In this document: positions 58,503-64,000 of the stretch, piece after piece
Numbering within the stretch: position 1 is the first letter of the stretch
Layout of the letters: each line of letters begins with the position of its first letter
Program-made: the position numbers and the translations under genes
The notes under the pieces: model-generated
Database searches by the model: none
What the model was told of the DNA's origin: nothing
Seen by the model: only the letters and a program-made list of their open reading frames with translations
From: a bacterium
Lineage (GTDB): Bacteria > Hinthialibacterota > Hinthialibacteria > Hinthialibacterales > Hinthialibacteraceae
NCBI GenBank assembly: GCA_963662285.2
Contig: CAXXMV010000008.1
Location: forward strand, 1,056,001-1,120,000
Reading direction: 5' to 3'
Length of the DNA: 64,000 nt

Positions 58503-60260
58503 CTAGAAAAAAGTATAGACTGAGTGGTCGATATTTGCAGATTTGGGGCCTTCGAAAACATCAATAATATCATACCAAAAATCAGGAACGGAATCTTGAT
58601 CGATTATGATATCCTGCAACACTAAAGCATCCATTTTCGAACGAACAAAACAGCGAACCGCATCAATGGGGCTGCAAACAATTGGTTCATCTTTCATATT
58701 GAACGATGTATTCAGTAATATCGGGCAGTTAGTCAACTGGTCAAAACAACGCAACAACGCAGCAAAACGTGGATTATATTCATCTGTAACAGTTTGAACT
58801 CTGGCGGAACCATTAACATGAGTAATCGCCGGTAAATCCAGAGATGAACATACCTGACACACCAGAAGCATGAATGGAGACGGGCGGTCTAATTCGAAAT
58901 GTTCAGCCATTTTGTCATATAACACTACCGGAGCAAACGGGCGGAATGCTTCACGCTTTTTTACTAGAGCATTGATTTTATCGCGCATTTCCGGTCGGCG
59001 GGGATCAGCCAAGATGGATCGCGCTCCCAAGGCTCTTGGCCCAAATTCCATCCGTTCTTGAAACCACCCAATGATTTGCCCTTGGGCTAGACGTTTTGCA
59101 ACATCTTCACATAGGGAATCAAATTTCCCCTGGTAATCCTTAAACGCCAGCGGTGTTTCACCAACCAAACTTACGATTTCCTGAGATGAATAACCGGGAC
59201 CTAAGTAGGTATGTTCCATACGGCCCAAGGAATAAGAACTTGACGTACGTTTAGCGTATACATAGGCTGCGGCGCCAAGTGAACTGCCGGCATCTCCGGC
59301 GGCTGGTTGAACGAAGAGATTTTTGTAAGGACCTTCATCCAGAATACGGCCATTGGCAACGCAATTCAGCGCCACCCCACCCGCCATGCATAAATTATCC
59401 GATGGCGCTTTGGTATAGAGATATTGTACTTTTTCAAGCAATAATTCTTCGAGAACAACCTGTAAACTCTTCGCGACATCTTGATGAAAAGTTTCAATCT
59501 CTTCATCTTTTGTTCTGGCGGGACGCTTGAATAATTCGACCAATGCGTCGGAAAACATTCTCTTGCCTGATAAAAAATCGAAAAACTCGAGATTTAATGT
59601 TAGTTGATTGTCCCTATGCGATTCAATTAATTGCCAAATCTGATCGGTGTAGACTGGCTTGCCATACGGCGCAAGCCCCATGACTTTGTACTCGCCATCG
59701 TTGACGTCAAATCCAAGATAACTGGTTAAGGTGCTGTAAAACAATCCAAATGAATGGGGGAAATGAATTTCATCAATGATTTGAACGCCTTGCTCCGAAC
59801 CCATACCTAGCGTTGTCGTCGCCCATTCACCGACGCTATCCACAGTAAGAATGGCCGCCTGCTCAAATCCAGAAAAACAAAAACTACTAGCCGCATGAGC
59901 CAGATGATGATCAATGCATTCTATATCGCCTTCATAACCAATAACATTCCTTATTTCCTGCTCTGGACGGCGCGAATTCATACGCTCAATTAATTGCTCA
60001 TCATAGGGCAATCCTTGGGATAACAACCACAGTTGTCTTGACAGTTTTTTTTCGGGAGCCTCATAGTATGCGATGCAATCAATATCGCATATTGATAGAT
60101 CAGCTTCTTCTAAACAATATCGGGTTGCTTGTTTAGGAATTCCCGCATCATATTTAATCCGGGAAAATCGTTCCTCCTGAGCGGCGGCGATTAATTTCCC
60201 ATCTTTTATGATGCAGCATGAAGAATCATGATAAAGTGCAGAAATCCCTAATATATTCAT
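58503..60260 (-). CDS. O-carbamoyltransferase, NodU/CmcH/TobZ family
   Basis: ILGISALYHDSS, QEERFSR.K, HHLAHAAS, EYKVMGLAPYG, AGGVALNC, EFGPRALGARS, LNTSFN. Confidence 0.96.
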   Translation of the reverse strand: MNILGISALYHDSSCCIIKDGKLIAAAQEERFSRIKYDAGIPKQATRYCLEEADLSICDIDCIAYYEAPEKKLSRQLWLLSQGLPYDEQLIERMNSRRPEQEIRNVIGYEGDIECIDHHLAHAASSFCFSGFEQAAILTVDSVGEWATTTLGMGSEQGVQIIDEIHFPHSFGLFYSTLTSYLGFDVNDGEYKVMGLAPYGKPVYTDQIWQLIESHRDNQLTLNLEFFDFLSGKRMFSDALVELFKRPARTKDEEIETFHQDVAKSLQVVLEELLLEKVQYLYTKAPSDNLCMAGGVALNCVANGRILDEGPYKNLFVQPAAGDAGSSLGAAAYVYAKRTSSSYSLGRMEHTYLGPGYSSQEIVSLVGETPLAFKDYQGKFDSLCEDVAKRLAQGQIIGWFQERMEFGPRALGARSILADPRRPEMRDKINALVKKREAFRPFAPVVLYDKMAEHFELDRPSPFMLLVCQVCSSLDLPAITHVNGSARVQTVTDEYNPRFAALLRCFDQLTNCPILLNTSFNMKDEPIVCSPIDAVRCFVRSKMDALVLQDIIIDQDSVPDFWYDIIDVFEGPKSANIDHSVYTFF

Positions 60261-60531
60261 ATTAAAAAGTGTTTTTTATTTTTCCCCTATTATATTTATT
60301 CCAATCACAGAAGAGCAAGTATTATAATCAAGTTAATGAGTGATTGCAAATGAACATGGCAAACGTCTTTATCAACCATTCCCATCCCACAACAAACTCA
60401 TCCAAAAACAAAATCTAAACATTAACCTATGAAAAATCATTAGATCAATTAATTCCAAATCCACTATTTCATGCTAAAATCACTATTACATTCATTCCAT
60501 ATTAAAAATCTCCTAAAGAAGGATTAATTAA

Positions 60532-63114
60532 ATGTTTAAATTATCAAAAAAAAGAATATTTATTATTTTGGTTCTTGCTTTAATTCTATTCACCGGCGCC
60601 ATAGGCCTTACGCTGCTCAACCTTGGTAAAATCGTCAATAGCCAGAAAGATGTGATTATCGCCCAGGCCGAAGAAGCACTGGGACGCAAGATATCCGTGG
60701 ATCGCATCGACGCCACTATCTGGACCGGTATTGGCGTGCAACTAGACAAAACCGCTATCGCCGATGATCCGGCATTTTCCAAAGATGATTTTCTCAGCGC
60801 AGACCGCATCGACGTATATTTCAAACTAATGCCCCTGTTCCGCAAACAATTGGAAATCTCGTATCTGACCATTCATCAACCAGTCATTCACGTCATCCAG
60901 AACAAAAAGAAAGAATTTAACTTCACCAGCCTCCAAAAGCAGACCAAACCAAAACAAGAAGGCGACGCGGCGCCAGTAGAAGCAGGCGCATCATCATCCA
61001 CCGCCCTGCTTCTTTCACGTCTGGAACTTGATGGCGGCAAGATTCTATATACCAATCAAGCGGATAAACAGAATTTAGAGATTAATCAGATCGATGCGAC
61101 CATCCGCAACTTCTCATTGAACAGCCCATTTGATATATCCATGAAATCATCCTTCCAAAGCGACCGGCAGAACATCGCTTTCCAGGGAAACATCGGCTCT
61201 CTTGCCGGAGAACTTAATAAATGCCCTATCAAGGGAAAAATTGACCTGGAATCGTTTTCAACCGATATCTTGAAAAGTTTGCCATCAGTCAAAGCCATGG
61301 CCGGAGATAGTTTGAAATATGATGGAGTAATCAATGGTGAAGTTGAAGTAGATGGAACCTTGGAGAAATTCAAGTTAAAAACTCAAATTGATGCAACTCA
61401 AACCTCTCTGGCAATGGATTCTCAATTCAAAAAAGAGAAAGATATTCCACTTCTAATAGCCATTGATGCTGATGTATCAAAGGACGCAGTTAATTTGCAA
61501 AAAGCATCCGTAACATTAAAATCAGTTGAGATAGAAGGTAAGGGAATAATCAATCTTGGTAAAACCTTGACCTACAATCTTTCTATTGATTCTAAACCTA
61601 TTGAAATATCTGAACTTGTCTCGATGGTTCCCGCTTTGCAGCCCTACTCTCCCCAGGGTAAAACAACCATCAAAGCCCAAGTTGAGCAAAAAGGCAAAAC
61701 GCCCGCCATCAAAGGAACTATCCAATTAGACAAAATCCAGGCCAAATCCGAACTTATCCCTAAACCAATAACCAACTTGAATGGAAATATCCAGTTCACC
61801 GCTAATAACGCCAAGGCTGAAGGTTTAACGGTAGAAATCGGACAATCAAAATTCAAAGCGGATGCCACTGTTACAACTCTTTCACCACTTGAAGCGACAT
61901 ATTCCATCCAATCCGATAAAATCCATGTCGATGATCTAATGGCGCCGCCTGAAGCGATGAAGAATGATGCTCTACAGAAAGTTAATCTCACTGGCTCAAT
62001 TACTCAAGACAAGAAAAATGATTACATCGCTAAAGGGAAAGTCTCTTCTAAAGACGGGCTGTTATACAATCTAGCTTACAGCAACCTAGCAGGTGATTTA
62101 GTTTTCAAAGACCAGATTCTTACATCTGAAAATATTGTATTAAACACTTTGAGTGGAGAAATCAAAGCTTCACTCCAGTATGATATGCGCAAATCGCCCT
62201 ATCAATTCAACCTTTCCACTCAGTCACGAGATGTAAATCTGACAGAACTTATTCAGTCGCAATTTTCATTCTTCCCTAAAATTGTTCAGGGAAAAATCAA
62301 TATGGATTTAAAGTTGCAGGGAGAAGGAACAACTTGGGATACAATCAAACCGGTATTACAAGGACTGGCCAATGTAGACATCAGTGAAGGAGTTTTACTT
62401 GACACTAATATCGTAAATTCAGTGTTAACCAACATGACGGGCATCCCCGGTCTTACTCAATTCATATCGCCCGGCTTACGCAGCGAATATCCACTAGTAT
62501 TTGAATCAAAAAATACTATATTCGACAAATTCAGCCTGCAAACTATCATAAAAGACGGGAAAATGAATTTCTCAAACTTAGTGATTTCAGCGGTTGACTG
62601 GGCGGCGTCAAGCAACGGTTGGATAGATTTTGATCAAAACGTAAAAAGCGAGAATTTGTTGAAATTATCAGACAGTTTTTCCTCTTCCCTGATTCAAAAA
62701 GTAAGCCAGTTCAAATATCTGTCCGACGAGAAGGGCGCCATAGTCATCCCATTCGCCATGACAGGCGCCTTACCCAAAGCAACAGTTAAACCCGATTCAA
62801 AACTGATCGAGACTCTGCTGAAAAAAGCGGTCATGGGAAAAGTAATGGACCAAGTAGGCGGCAAAGGTTTACCCGACTTGTCTAAAATATTCTCATCACC
62901 TTTTGGGAATCTTAATGACCTGGGCAAAAAAACCACCTCAGACCAAACCAAACCAGCCACAAAAACCATTCAGGACGCCACCCAAATCCTGAAAACAAAA
63001 CAGGACGCCACAAAAGCTGAACAAGCCAGCCAGGAATCAGCCAAAGAAATCATGGGATCATTCTTGAAAATGATTGATAAAAAGAAAACCGATGCAGCAA
63101 CACCTGATAAATAA
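60532..63114 (+). CDS. AsmA family protein
   Basis: N-terminal anchor, AEEALGRKISV, IADDPAFS...L.PL..KQLEI..L.I.QP.I; beta-rich body; AsmA-like C-terminus. Confidence 0.88.
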   Translation: MFKLSKKRIFIILVLALILFTGAIGLTLLNLGKIVNSQKDVIIAQAEEALGRKISVDRIDATIWTGIGVQLDKTAIADDPAFSKDDFLSADRIDVYFKLMPLFRKQLEISYLTIHQPVIHVIQNKKKEFNFTSLQKQTKPKQEGDAAPVEAGASSSTALLLSRLELDGGKILYTNQADKQNLEINQIDATIRNFSLNSPFDISMKSSFQSDRQNIAFQGNIGSLAGELNKCPIKGKIDLESFSTDILKSLPSVKAMAGDSLKYDGVINGEVEVDGTLEKFKLKTQIDATQTSLAMDSQFKKEKDIPLLIAIDADVSKDAVNLQKASVTLKSVEIEGKGIINLGKTLTYNLSIDSKPIEISELVSMVPALQPYSPQGKTTIKAQVEQKGKTPAIKGTIQLDKIQAKSELIPKPITNLNGNIQFTANNAKAEGLTVEIGQSKFKADATVTTLSPLEATYSIQSDKIHVDDLMAPPEAMKNDALQKVNLTGSITQDKKNDYIAKGKVSSKDGLLYNLAYSNLAGDLVFKDQILTSENIVLNTLSGEIKASLQYDMRKSPYQFNLSTQSRDVNLTELIQSQFSFFPKIVQGKINMDLKLQGEGTTWDTIKPVLQGLANVDISEGVLLDTNIVNSVLTNMTGIPGLTQFISPGLRSEYPLVFESKNTIFDKFSLQTIIKDGKMNFSNLVISAVDWAASSNGWIDFDQNVKSENLLKLSDSFSSSLIQKVSQFKYLSDEKGAIVIPFAMTGALPKATVKPDSKLIETLLKKAVMGKVMDQVGGKGLPDLSKIFSSPFGNLNDLGKKTTSDQTKPATKTIQDATQILKTKQDATKAEQASQESAKEIMGSFLKMIDKKKTDAATPDK

Positions 63115-63135
63115 TCGCTGTTTTCCTGAAAACGG

Positions 63136-63176
63136 CGGGCGCCAAGGGCAAGACCGCATGGCGTCCAGCCATTGAT
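63136..63176 (+). repeat. REP-like palindrome, family A degenerate copy
   Basis: cgggcgccaagggcaagaccgcatggcgtccagccattgat. Confidence 0.75.
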
Positions 63177-63226
63177 GAGACCTTTGTAAATAATAATTAA
63201 AAACAAATGCTATGGGTTCCTGAAAC

Positions 63227-63266
63227 AAAAGAACCGTCGAGTTTCTTAAACTCGACGGTTCTGTTA
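63227..63266. terminator. Bidirectional terminator between convergent genes
   Basis: Perfect 15-bp stem agaaccgtcgagttt-ctt-aaactcgacggttct. Confidence 0.8.
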
Positions 63267-63291
63267 TTTCAAAACAATAACTTACTTATAA

Positions 63292-63999
63292 TCAGGCGAC
63301 CGCCTCTAGCACGCTGTCATTTCTAGGAGTCAGGTCATTGGTATAGATGGCGGATGGTTCAATTCTTGGCATAGGAATTGGTTCCATTTCCCGCTTTTGC
63401 GTTTGAGGTTTGGCGTCTAATATCTCTCTACGCTCTTCTTTCAAGACATTCAACTGTTCATCCAGAAGATCAAGTTCCTGGGTTTCGACGTCTTGCTGAT
63501 CTTCAATAGGATCAACGCCGAACATGCTGCCCAGCAAATCGTTGGTCATACTGAAAAATGTATTCAGGTCGTTCTCAACATCCTCGCCCAACCGTTCGAT
63601 AAAGCCCGGTTCAAATCCCATGTCTTCCAATGTCCCGCCAAACTGTTCTTGCATATCAGAGAAGAAGTTAGTTAATTTGGTAGCGACATGTTCCTGCGTC
63701 GCGCCAACCAGGCCTTGAGTGGCTTCAACGAAGGCGCCCAGGTTGCTGGAATCGGTAGTCAAGATGTTTTGAACAGAGTCCAGGAAACCAGATAATGTAC
63801 CTGAATCATCGAATTGCGACAAATCTTCGGCAACCTGATTGAAATTAGACAGGTCATCGCCTTTAATTGAGATATTCAGGTTGTATTCGTGAGCCACTTC
63901 TCCAGCAACTGACATATACTGGCCGCCAATGTCGCCGCCATAGGCCTGTTCAGCTGATGCCGCGACGGATTTGGCTTCTTCAAAGAAGATATTGGCTTC
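63292..63999 (-). CDS. Acidic helical hypothetical protein, 5' end outside the window
   Basis: The frame stays open from ATG 63915 to the window edge (EANIFFEEAKSVAASAEQAYGGDIGGQY-MSV...). Confidence 0.7.
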   Translation of the reverse strand, partial: EANIFFEEAKSVAASAEQAYGGDIGGQYMSVAGEVAHEYNLNISIKGDDLSNFNQVAEDLSQFDDSGTLSGFLDSVQNILTTDSSNLGAFVEATQGLVGATQEHVATKLTNFFSDMQEQFGGTLEDMGFEPGFIERLGEDVENDLNTFFSMTNDLLGSMFGVDPIEDQQDVETQELDLLDEQLNVLKEERREILDAKPQTQKREMEPIPMPRIEPSAIYTNDLTPRNDSVLEAVA

Positions 64000-64000
64000 G

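Noticed and set aside
18504-63176. Family A repeats as a CRISPR array
   Set aside because: Copies are dispersed kilobases apart with no regular spacers and no cas genes.

Overview
Chromosomal segment of a diderm bacterium (two AsmA-like proteins, lipoproteins, a Tat substrate). The gene style suggests a little-studied candidate lineage, but taxonomy cannot be fixed from sequence alone. It carries tRNA-Pro(CGG), accB-accC, many secreted carbohydrate-active and repeat proteins, a ParE-type toxin-antitoxin pair, and a pseudaminic-acid cluster (pseB-pseC-pseF-pseG-wbqC-pseI, KpsS-like transferase, ABC flippase). It also carries an AT-rich patch with an HNH-like gene beside rplS, the ylxM-ffh-rpsP-khpA-rimM-trmD-SPOUT-rplS operon, and a carbamoyltransferase/SGNH-like gene pair. 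Main observations: (1) two unrelated secreted proteins end in the same T-x-[LV]-x-x-W-x-L-[YF] tail, a candidate C-terminal sorting signal; (2) a 121-bp MITE-like element with a target-site duplication holds tandem NrdR-box-like motifs; (3) WbqC replaces PseH in the pse cluster; (4) a GH3 enzyme has Glu at the usual nucleophile Asp position; (5) there are several families of REP-like palindromes. No CRISPR array, rRNA, integrase or transposase was seen. All calls are by-eye motif recognition; no searches were run.
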